Below are positions 51,091 through 61,396 of a DNA stretch of 64,000 nt, in pieces (within the stretch, counting starts at the first letter, position 1; every line of letters starts with the position of its first letter). The stretch is from positions 124,001 through 188,000 of the forward strand of contig NW_021831285.1 in NCBI RefSeq assembly GCF_006345805.1, read 5' to 3'. The DNA comes from Octopus sinensis (Eukaryota). A program made the translations under genes and the position numbers. Under the pieces are notes generated by a model. That model was not told where the DNA came from. It did no database searches and worked only from the letters and a program-made list of their open reading frames with translations.

Positions 51091-51399
51091 ATGTTAACGA
51101 CAATTGAAAAAAATTTATTAAAAAACATTGAAAACGAGCATGATGTCTTACTAATCTCATCTATAAGACGTTAAAAAGAAAATATACTGATATCTAAAAA
51201 AACTAATGGAAATTAAATTTTACTTTAAAAAAATTAAGATTTTTTATTAAATCTTTTTAATAGTTCAATCAGTTTTTTAAAAGTAAAATTCGCGATCATC
51301 AGCATTAAATTAGTTTAAATTGTTTATTCGAAGAAAAGTGTTGGCTGTTGCCTCTTCCAAAAAATCTACACAATCTGAATAAGGCGTAATTAAATAAGA

Positions 51400-51670
51400 A
51401 CATGGTTTTGAATTCGACTGTACAACTTATTTTTCGAGAATTTAATAGATTAATGCATTCTTACGAGCTAAAAAACTTATTTGAATCTGCATCATTAATT
51501 GATTTTTGGTGTAAAATGATATCAAAATATTCAAAAAATTGATTATATAACCGATTAAAAATGAAGTCACGAATAATTCTTCTTCCCATGGAACAACAAT
51601 GCTGGAGTAAAGATCAGATTGGTGAACAATTGCTCAAAACGAAAAAGAATAAATTAATACAGCCAATCAA
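51400..51670 (+). mobile_element. Decayed hAT C-terminal remnant
   Basis: LKNLFESASLIDFWCKMISKY...IILLP...KTKKNKL resembles the Buster-type dimerization domain. Confidence 0.45.
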
Positions 51671-51764
51671 TTTTAAATAGATAATTTCGAATAAGAAACC
51701 GAAAAATATCCTAATGCTATAAGATTTAATTATTTGATTTAAATAATAAAAAAATCATTTAAAA

Positions 51765-54700
51765 ATGCGACTGTTGTTGCATTTCAGATTAGTGAACATA
51801 TTTAGTCAAAGGGATTTGAATTTTCGACAAATTATATTTCGGAATCGACAAAAAGATGAGGTGGACAAGTTTTCAAGCTGGTCAGATCGATTTTGGGATG
51901 AAGAGGGACCACTATCAGCTTTACATTCTTTGAATGACTTGCGTATTCCGTTTATAGTCAGCGCTTTATCGATTACGAATTCAAAAGCTGATCAACCTTT
52001 GGCTGGGTATCGAATATTAGACGTTGGTTGTGGTGCTGGAATTTTAAGTGAACCATTTGAATTGAATTGAAATGTTTATTTTCTATGTAACAAACTCGTC
52101 ACTAGATTAAAAGGGGAGAGAAGAGCCAAACGAAACCAAGGAGACGGAAGAAACAAGTTTGTTTGCTGATTGGGGTCAATTCTAATGGGACACCAGATGT
52201 CCCTTCGATAAAAATAACGACCCCTTGCACCACTATTATTTAAGTGATGCAACAGTTTTTCAATGATCGTACCGATCCCTCCAGCTCTGGGGGTAGTTTG
52301 ATTTTAAGTCCAAGCCATGTGCCAGTTTAATGGCATATCTCCGCGTTTTCTCCAAAAGATCAATATGTTTCTTTCCTTCGCAGCTTCCGAACCATCCTTG
52401 AGATCCATAGATCAGGAAGGGTTCTATACACGCAGAGTATACGTATAAGAACGTTTCCGGTTTCAGCTGGAATCGCATCAGAGCTTTCAACATTTGGGTA
52501 GCCTTGTTCTTTCTCTTCCTTATATACATCTTGAATGAACCAGTTGCATCCACAACTATTCCGAGGTATTTAAGATCATCCACGGGTTTTATCGCTCCGG
52601 TGTTAATACAAACATCAGGTTTCCTTCTCCTTTTACCAATCCAGCAAACAGTGCTTTTTTCAAAAGATAAAGACAAGCCTTTATCCTGGCACCATTTGCC
52701 AATTTTTTCGATATGACTGTGGGTTCTTTTCCACGATATTGATTTGCTCATAGAGAAATCCATAATTAAAATATCATCTGCGTAGATGACCATCTCCATG
52801 CTAGGGAGATCCACTTGAGGGATGTCGCACATCACACAGTTAAATAAAAGTGGACTGATGACAGATCCCTGCGGAACTCCTCTCTTAAGCAAAATTCTCT
52901 TCGATAATTGGTTACCGACCCGTACAAACGATTCTCTTTCCGAGAGGAAACTCTTCATCCAAACTAGGGCTGTCTTTCCAACGCTAAAATTGTATAAAGT
53001 TCGTAATAGCCCGGCATGCCAGACGCTATCAAATGCTTTTGATATGTCTAGACATGCAGCCGTAAGATACTCTTTTTTCCTTTGTGCTGTAGATATGGCC
53101 TCCTTTAACAGTGAAAAGCAATTTCCAGTGCCCTTGTTCCGCCGAAAACCCCAATGCTCTTTCAAGAGATACTGTTTATCTTCAATATAAGTTGATAGTC
53201 TTTTAAAGACAATTTTTTCCATGATTTTTGAGATAGAACATATGAGGCTGATTGGTCTGTAATTTGCAGGATCCGAACTCGGTTTTCCTTTCTTCGGGAT
53301 CATGCGAACAATTGTCCTCTTCCATGCTTGGGGAACATGTCCAATACTCCACGAAGAGTTAAATAGCTTCCATAGTTCATATAACAAAGGCATTCCCGCC
53401 TTTTTGAAGATAATCATCGGTATGTAGTCCCAACCAGGGGATTTATTTTTACATCCGTGTATTGCTGATTTGATTTCTTCCATAGAAATAGCTCCACATA
53501 ATGGCCCCTCCGTAAGCGATAGTAACTCCCAAATACACGTCTCATTTTGTATAGTCTGAGAAATCATAGACAAAGGGTCCACTTCTTGAATCTTAGCTAG
53601 CTGCTCTTTTAACTTCTCAGGTACCTCCTCTCTTGGAATCAGATTGCCATCACTGGACTTGAGTTTTATCTCTCCACCCTTTTTATCAGAACTCATCTTT
53701 GAGAAAAGTTTCCAAAAATTCGGATTTTTATGAGAGAGTTTAGAGCATTCTTTTTTCCAGCTCTCCTCTACTATATCCTTAGATAATTCCTCTGATAAGT
53801 TTTTATCGATTTTATTCTTTGTTTGAGGAAGATAGCGTCTTGCGGGTCCCAACACCGCTTTAGTTTACTTTCCAAGTTCCTTTTTTCACGAAGTAGTTCG
53901 GATTGCTCTTCATTTATCAATCGATTTTTGTACGAGAAGAGAAACCTCTTTTTTCCATAGTCCTCCAGATAATTTCGAATAATGTTCCTTATTCTTTCAT
54001 CCAAATAATTGATCTCGTCAAGATTTAGTATTTTCAATTCTTGAGTATTTGCAAATTTCATAGACATATAAAAGTTAAAATGATTCCAATTAATGTTGCT
54101 GATATTATAACCAAGAAATACATCCTCAGTGAGAACTGCTCCCGTTCGTAGTTTCATCGTTTGCGGAAGATGGTCACTCCCAACATCATTTTCAACATAA
54201 GGCCGGTCACACAAACCACTTAAGGCATTTGCAACAATAAACAATCCTAATCGATCACCACCTTGCTGCTGAAAGTGGTTAAGCTCTTCAGACGTTAAAA
54301 TTTGAAAATTTGAGGTTTTTTTGATCTTAAGTAAACAATTTCCATCCTGATTTGACTTCACGCACCCATATGCAGTATGCTTCGCATTTAAGTCTCCAAC
54401 AAGAATTGGATTCTCATTTCCTTCCATAAAATTTTGCTCGTTTGGGAGCTAATGTACTGGGAATAGATCCTTCAGAAAAATGCATCAGGGCTGCCCAGAA
54501 CAGGGCGAAAATTATTTCCAATACATTTATTAATGGATCATTAAATTATCAACACAATTCTCTCGAACAACTTTCTAAAGATTTATGTGGGTCTTTTGAT
54601 CGTGTCGTTGCATCCGAAGTTATAGAACACGTTTCAAATAAATCAACGTTTATATCAAATGCTTCTAGAATGCTTACTGTTGAAATATATTTGAAATGTA

Positions 54701-55008
54701 CTTTATAGAATTCAGGTAGTCTTATCGGTACAACAATAAACAAAACATTTGTTTCATTGGTTTTTGGAATATATGCTGCTGAAAGATTGCTTAAACTTGT
54801 TCCGAACGGAACCCACAATTGGGATCTCTTTATTTCTCCTGAAGAATTGAATCATTTATTTAATAGCTGTTTGATCATTTATTAATTTTGTTTAGTCGGG
54901 TTAGTTGCACAGAAATGGCAAGGAATTGGATATTTTCCATTTATAGATAAATGGTATTTGTCAAACATATTTAATATTAACTATGGTTTTCACGCAACTA
55001 AGAAGTAA
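51765..55008 (+). CDS. COQ3: Ubiquinone biosynthesis O-methyltransferase, 269 aa once the LINE is removed; exon interrupted by the LINE
   Basis: EVDKF...WDEEGPLSALHSLNDLRIPFI, ILDVGCGAGILSEPF|ARLGANVLGID, FDRVVASEVIEHV, TINKT...AAERLLKLVPNGTHNW. Introns at 54679-54708 and 54869-54895. Confidence 0.92.
52060..54432 (-). mobile_element. 5'-truncated LINE (partial APE + RT, Jockey/I-like) inserted in the COQ3 exon
   Basis: GDLNAKH, SDHLP, KSPGWD, RPISL, LDISKAFDSVWHAGLL, GVPQGSVISPLLF, YADD. (TTCAA)n-like tail next to 52060. Possible TSD TTTG at 52056-52059 and 54433-54436. Confidence 0.93.
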
Positions 55009-55104
55009 TAAATAGTTTTAATTCTTATATGATTTGCTAATTTTGGATTTCTACCGATATTATAGTCTCCACAAGTATAAGTCGCTGTATTCTTCGATGC
55101 AGTA

Positions 55105-56487
55105 CAGTAAACATCGGTTAATTGCATAACATTTGTCCACGGAAAATCTTATGCAATTAACCGATGTTTTAATAAAAATCAATAATTTTTTTAATAGTCA
55201 AGAAAAGAAAATAATCAAAAACGTTTAAAAAAATCATTAATTTTGGACTGTCTAGTCTTCTGGCAAAGGCGTAGGACGCTTTTTTCTAGTTCATAGAAGT
55301 TGTCCATATCCATTTCACTTGTTAAATCGCTGTTAGTAAGAAACTGGCGTATTAATCTGCATGCACCCATAGCTTCCGAACTGGTTGTTTTCACGGGTAT
55401 GGGATCTTCATCGTCCTCATCGTCTTCACAAGAAATATCTCTTGACATTAAACATATTTCTTCATCGGACATGATTCCGATACATTCTTCATCCTCATTA
55501 GCAACATCCATCGTTATTTCGTCACATTCAATGTCACTAAATATATTTTCCCCCACTTCCTCATGGAATCCAGCCTTACGGAAACAGTTGTAAATTGTTG
55601 CTATTTTGACTTCCCTCCAAGCCATTTTGAGCATGTGTAGCGCATCCAAAAGAGTGATAGAATTCACAACGGATTTGAGACAGGCATCGTCTGAATCAAT
55701 TACGGCAATCACTCTTTGTAAAAATGCCAATCTGTAGTTGTGCTTTAGACTTTTTATGATCCCCATATCACATGGCTGAATGCATGCGGATGTGTTTGGT
55801 GAAATAAAATACAATTTAACATTTGATAGATTTTCTCCAGCATCTTTTGGATGCGCAGCACAATTGTCAAGGACCATGGCTATATTTCTTTTTTGTATTT
55901 TCATTTTCTTGTTAACACATGATAACCAGTTTTTAAAAATGCGTGATGTCATCCATGCATTCTATAATTCTACTGAAATTGATATGCTACCTTATTGACA
56001 ACGTAGTTAACTGGAAGTGTTTTGATTCCTTTGAAGCACCTAGGATTCTTTCTTTTCCCAATGACCATCAATGGGTGTTTGTCCGAACCCGTCATGTTGC
56101 AGGATACCATTACAGTTATTCTATCCTTCATTTTTTACTTCCAATCGGTATTTAATTTTTACCTTTGACCTCCTTGAATAAACAAATTGATTATTTCCAA
56201 TTTTTGAGAAAGTGTAAGATCACGACGTAACGAAGATGACATGTGTAATAATAATTAAATTTTAAAATTACAAATTATAATTATTCAATTATGCGAAAAT
56301 TTTTATAAGAAAAAATAGTAAATGTTCCCAATGAGAGTATGCAATTAACCGATTTATGCAATTAACCGATATGCAATTAGCCGATATTTTTTCAATGGAA
56401 ACCATATAAGTTATGGTTTTAAACATGAATTTATGCCATTAACCGATTTATGCAATTAACCGATATGCAATTAACCGATGTTTACTG
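55105..56487 (-). mobile_element. pogo/Tigger-like transposon, internally deleted, with a 29-nt intron
   Basis: TIR CAGTAAACATCGGTTAATTGCATA flanked by TA; subterminal GCAATTAACCGAT repeats. Motifs KDRITV, YVVNK|NAWMT, LDNCAAH, IQPCDMGII. Intron at 55962-55990. Confidence 0.94.
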
Positions 56488-56553
56488 TATTCGTTTTTAT
56501 ACAAAGGCTAGGGGAAAAGGTTTTGTAAGCAGTCTTAATTCGTCTCTCTAATA

Positions 56554-56620
56554 CAGGCATTCTCAACCTTTTTTGTTGATCGCCCCCTTAGATTTTATTG
56601 CTCCCTTGTCCACATACAGT
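56554..56620. mobile_element. Solo hAT terminus
   Basis: CAGGCATTCTCAACC followed by a GCCCCC subterminal motif; no matching TSD-bounded partner. Confidence 0.5.
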
Positions 56621-57039
56621 TTAAAAATTTTTCTGTATTGTCCCTTAATTGGTTTTTCTGTACATAACTCAAAAATCACAATATAAAACAATAAATCAAA
56701 TCTAAAAATTGAATTTTTATTAAAAATTATTAGTGAGACCCTTGATATTGATGTTAACTCGCTAAATATTCAATGTCGGGTTTACTTCTGCTCAACTTTA
56801 GGCGTATATCTCTGCTCAACTCATTAATGGACCCGGCATATTAATGGACCACATCAAAATTTCATTAATATCTATTACATTCATATAAAAGTAATGTATC
56901 AAACCTCTTTATTTTTAAACGTATGTTGGGTCGATTATTATGACTTCCAATGCAGCTAAGTACATACGACTATGTCACAAGTCAGCCAATTAGCAATACG
57001 GACAATTATGCCTCAGCAACTGAACCTAACCTAACACGT

Positions 57040-57300
57040 GAAAATGTTATTTCAACGCTAAACACAGGAGTAGGAAATATGGAAAAATCTCGCTCAAAGA
57101 AGTATTTAGGAGTCTCCTTTCGTGACAACCCTTATACAGACTACACTCCATCAATCTACATTGGATGAGAATTTGTTTGCTTTTATACACCTCAAAGACC
57201 AATCCTCTGGCTAGTCGGTCTCTTGAAAGATAAAACGTATGCTTGTTTTCAAGTTTGACATTTATTTGGTGGCGTATCAAGCATATTTTTTGGGAACGGT
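57040..57300 (-). mobile_element. Highly decayed R4-like fragment
   Basis: FYLSRDRLARGL matches the LYLPRDKLGRGL motif of the other R4-like copies. Confidence 0.5.
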
Positions 57301-58238
57301 CTCACAATATCAACGAGTGGCAGTATTCAACGTTATTTAAACCCGGTAGCACAATAACACTGGTAGGACTTGTTATCAAGCATATTTTTGTCAATATTCT
57401 CAAATTCATATTGTTCAAAATCAATGAATACGATTTAGTAGTTATACCACGGCAATGCATACTCGCTACCTGGGGAAAAGTTCATTAAAACTTTTAGTAC
57501 GGAAGCTTAGGAGACCACAAAGAGATTGACAGCGAGGGTGGGAGGAGACGGTTAAGGTCTGAAGTCGTTGGGCTAGAAGGGATGTTTTGCTCTGAGAGAA
57601 TTCAAAACGGCGGGTGTCGTGAGGAAAATAGAACTTGTCAAAACGCCAAACTTGACAGCACCGTGGACATCGTTATCCATGAGTTTACTATTTACTTTTA
57701 CTGTAAAGGTAGTCGTCGTCAATCGCGACTGCAGGCGCATTATGGGAGGTTGGGCAAGCAGGAGGTTCTGAATTAGCAAAATAGACATGGAGCCAACAAA
57801 CAGAAAAACTGTTCTGGTTGTAAAAATCTAGTTTATGTTTGACGATCGTAGCTAGCAAGTGAGAAGTGGTTTTGTTACGGATTGTGGATAAGAGAAAACC
57901 GAAGCCGAAAGAAGCAAAACAGAACAACGTGAGCCTATCAGGTTGCCTATCGGAAGCCAAGCCCATCAATTGGAGTGGAATACAAGCAGCTCTATGAATT
58001 CTAGGCAAGATTGCCGGAGACTTAGAAGTTTGATGGATAGAATGAGTCCCAAACATGGAATCAGAGAAAGGAGAGGATTCTGTGGAGTGGCGCGGATGAG
58101 AAATCGCGAACGGAAAGGAAAGGGTGAAAATAAGGGGGCGTAGAAAAAACAAATAAAATAGATAAATAGGATGAGAAACAAGTATGCGACAAAATATGAT
58201 CAGAACGAATAATGGATTGAATAAAAAATAATTAAAAA

Positions 58239-58298
58239 TGCCTCGAGTGGGGGTCGAACCCACGACCTTAGGATTATGAGACCTACGCGCTAACCACT
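58239..58298 (-). pseudogene. tRNA-Met(CAT), elongator type, missing its first ~13 nt
   Basis: Anticodon arm TAGGT-CTCATAA-TCCTA with the 31:39 T-T pair typical of elongator Met. T-arm GTGGG-TTCGACC-CCCAC, 3' acceptor strand TCGAGGCA, then a TTTTT terminator. The 5' acceptor and D-stem strands are absent. Confidence 0.85.
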
Positions 58299-58299
58299 A

Positions 58300-59200
58300 A
58301 AGAGATTTCGGAGGCTATAGGTCCGGGAGGTGGAATGTAATTCGAAAACTTTTTCAGCTTCGATAAGGTGTCTCACTTAGTGGAGACGTCTTGAATTTCA
58401 GGTTGTTTCTGATTAAAGTGACCAAATCACCGCCTCATTTCGCTTACCAGTCCAGCCTGATAGCCTTGTAGCCCGCGAATGAAGGCGTCTGATCATTAGG
58501 AGATAGTTTGAGTTCGTGAATCATGGCCACCTGGGGTTAAGCTTGTCAATGTTCCCCATCCGTGAGGTGCTAAGTCCTTCTGGCACTATACAGTTGTTAA
58601 GAGGGGACCTCCTATTTTTCTTGATTTACATTACCAATGACAAATCTCAATGATTCAAAACCTTCAAACGCTAGGGTTGAGAAAGCCAGACCCGTTCAAA
58701 CACGTATTGGAATTCCACAAAAGAAACCAGAGAAATGTGCCTGGAATTTGTTTGATTTAATTCTGTACCTGTTTAGACATATTTTAATGTAACACGGCAT
58801 TCTATCATCAATCCATTGACAAAACGACGTAGACTAGAATCAAAAAAGCAAATAGACTGCATTCTCTGCAAAGATACACATAGACATTTACTTGTGGATT
58901 TGCGATGATATGAGGGACTGGCAACAAATAATGACCACAAGCTAATTCGCGTCTGACTGTATAAAGCGTACAACCAACTAAAAAAACTTGCGGATAAAAA
59001 ACAAGAAACTTTCATTTTGAACAATTCAATAATGAAAAAATCAAACAAAAGTACGCAAACAGACTACAAGAAATGCACGACGATATTGACCCCAAGAAGC
59101 ATGGAAATACGATATGGAATACAATGGCCAGTACAATAAAGTGGACAGCTCTAAATGTCATTGGATTCACTCAAAAACAACGCAAATTTCACAATAAAGA
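58300..59200 (+). mobile_element. Decayed RTE 5' region (GC-richer leader, then APE remnants)
   Basis: QIDCILC...LLVDLR*YEGLATNNDHKLI aligns with NQIDYIVC...LLRDSRSYGG...SDHKIV in the full RTE. Confidence 0.6.
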
Positions 59201-59490
59201 ATTAAGATTGAAAATTTCCTGAATAACGAGACTGTCTGAATTAGAGTTTGTTTCTTCAAAAATCTCAAATGAGTGACCGGAACGAATTAATTGGATTACC
59301 GTTTTTTATGCAACGGGACACTGCTAATGTCACGAGATCATTGAAGACAAAATTTTGATTATGGACCAAATGCGGAAAATCACATGAGACCCGTAAGGAC
59401 TGTGGCATCATATTGGTAATTAATTTTTGAATTTAGAAATAATAAATTTCTACTGAAAAATATAAATCAATTTTAAATCTTCAAGTGCTA

Positions 59491-60185
59491 ATGGGACCGC
59501 CTCCGCCTTTAGATTTCAGTAACCCAGACAATGTTAAGGAATATTTCAAAAGAATATACATCGAGTACAGATACTCTTGCTTTGATGAAAATGACCCAGA
59601 GGGTAATTAATACTGGCATTCTCAGGCTGTTACCGCTTGGCCACGTTCTTAGACAACATCAAAAACAAATATTCCCGGGCTGCAAGAGTATATAAAAGGG
59701 GTTGCTTTGATCTCAAACACGCCCGTTCGTGTGTCCGTTACGGGGCATATCATTTGAAGGGAATTGGAGGACTTGATCCTTCTGTTGAGGCCAGCAGAGA
59801 GTGTTTCGAGAGAGCATGTGAACTAGGGTCACTTGAGGGTTGTCACAACCTTGGATATTCCCTCATCACAGAACAAGACTCGGATGTCCAACGTGGGGTT
59901 CAAATTTTGCAAGATGCCTGTTCGAATGGGCTGCCTCGAAGTTGTATTAATCTCAGCCGCTTTTCCCTAAAAAATAACATGGAAAGTAAAGCTTTGGAGT
60001 TTGCCAGGAAAGCTTGTGAGTTGAAGGATCTGAGAGGATGCCTTCTCTTTGCTGATTTGATTGAGAAAGGTGTTGGGGAAGCTGTTGGAGGAGTCCAGGA
60101 GGCTGAGAGGATTAGGAGAATTGCTAATGAAAAATATAAACCAATCTATCGTTCAAACGAATCTTCTTTATATGGAAGAGGTTGA
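59491..60185 (+). CDS. COA7: Cytochrome c oxidase assembly factor 7 (Sel1-like repeats), 223 aa
   Basis: One 23-nt intron (59603-59625). LDF...VKEYF..I.IEYRYSCFDENDPEGCYRL...SC.RYGAY..KG.GGL...ACELG...GCHNLG. Confidence 0.92.
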
Positions 60186-60469
60186 TTATTTGTAATTATT
60201 AAAATATTTTCGCTAATAAAATACGTAAAATAACACATCGTATCGACATTACACTGTTTTAAGAGACAAAGCTCTCTCAATGTAAACCAACTTTAAAATT
60301 ACTCAATAATCTGAGCTGACCGCCATAATGGATCAAATGGTGCTGGATTGATGAGTCTCATCCACAAATCTATCCTATTTACTGACTCTTCCTGTCAATC
60401 ATTATCTTAATTAACATACATCATACACAATTTCAAACATCTATATCCCTCTCCCGTCGAGCTGTTCCA

Positions 60470-61200
60470 GTGGCTACATTCCATCCTAGCAAAAATATAT
60501 TTATCTTCCGTGACATAAATTCAAAAAATCCAGTCTGGCTTTTTAAATCAATGCCAAGACCAGCGAAGCATACAACTAATGTCGCAACTGAAAAATCTAG
60601 TCATATTCAACGACCCATAATTACACAAAAGGTGTGCTCAAAAGGTCTAATGACACTAATACATCTCAAGATCGCATTCATTAACTCTAAACTAAACCGA
60701 AATAGATGTTTGGAGGCTTTTGCAAGAAACTATACCTACTCAATTTGGAAATTTACTAATATGCAATATTTACATGCGGCCAATGGGATTATGTCAGAAA
60801 CATTTTACTCCAGATCTTCACCCAGTTGACAAAATTGACATCTTCCTTATTTTCAATGAGCTGAACGCAAAGCACCCGCAGTGGTTTAAGTCACAAACAG
60901 CTTACTCGACCGAAAGGTCCCTGCTTGAGCAACTTAACAACCTAGTCATTCTTAAAAATCTGTCTTTGAAAACAAAAACTCCACACACAGAAAGACAAAC
61001 TTACTTCGCCCGACCCGACTCTTTGCTCTGCTAACCTGGTGTCAGTGACTAATTGGAATGTAATCTACAACTGACGGAGTGACCATATCCCGATAGCTAT
61101 ACGTGTCCAGGTCAAATCCCCTCTTAGAAAAGCAGCCCCCACTTTGAAATACGATTACAATCAAGCCGATTGGGTTAACTTTACTCGCAAAATTGATTAA
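60470..61200 (+). mobile_element. Decayed LINE APE endonuclease remnants
   Basis: FRDINSKNPVW, ICNIYMRP, ELNAKHPQW, SDHIPI. Confidence 0.6.
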
Positions 61201-61396
61201 GAACTGATAACTCTTGATGTAAATTATTATGACTTGATAGACAATGCTGTTAAACAATTCAACCAGACAATCCTGATTGGTCGGAAGCAGTTAGTAAAAA
61301 TGAGGAAAATCGGGTTAAACACTATAAAAATTTCCTTTTTGGATGCTACCGCTAATCGAAGAACGAAATTCGTTAAAAGGTTGGGTGGATCTCACA

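Noticed and set aside
52048-54448. LINE in COQ3 removed by cryptic splicing (GT at 52048, AG at 54448, frame-preserving)
   Set aside because: It needs a GAG acceptor and a 2.4-kb intron in a genome with 22-33-nt introns, and it would delete SEPFARLG after the SAM-binding motif. Only RT-PCR could revive it.
57573-58263. Overlapping ORFs of 64-191 aa as genes
   Set aside because: No recognisable motif, low-complexity hydrophobic runs and no intron-supported model.
56554-58689. One hAT bounded by CAGGCATTCTCAACC and GGTTGAGAAAGCCAG
   Set aside because: The ends match only partly, there is no 8-bp TSD, and the right-hand motif lies within RTE-derived sequence.
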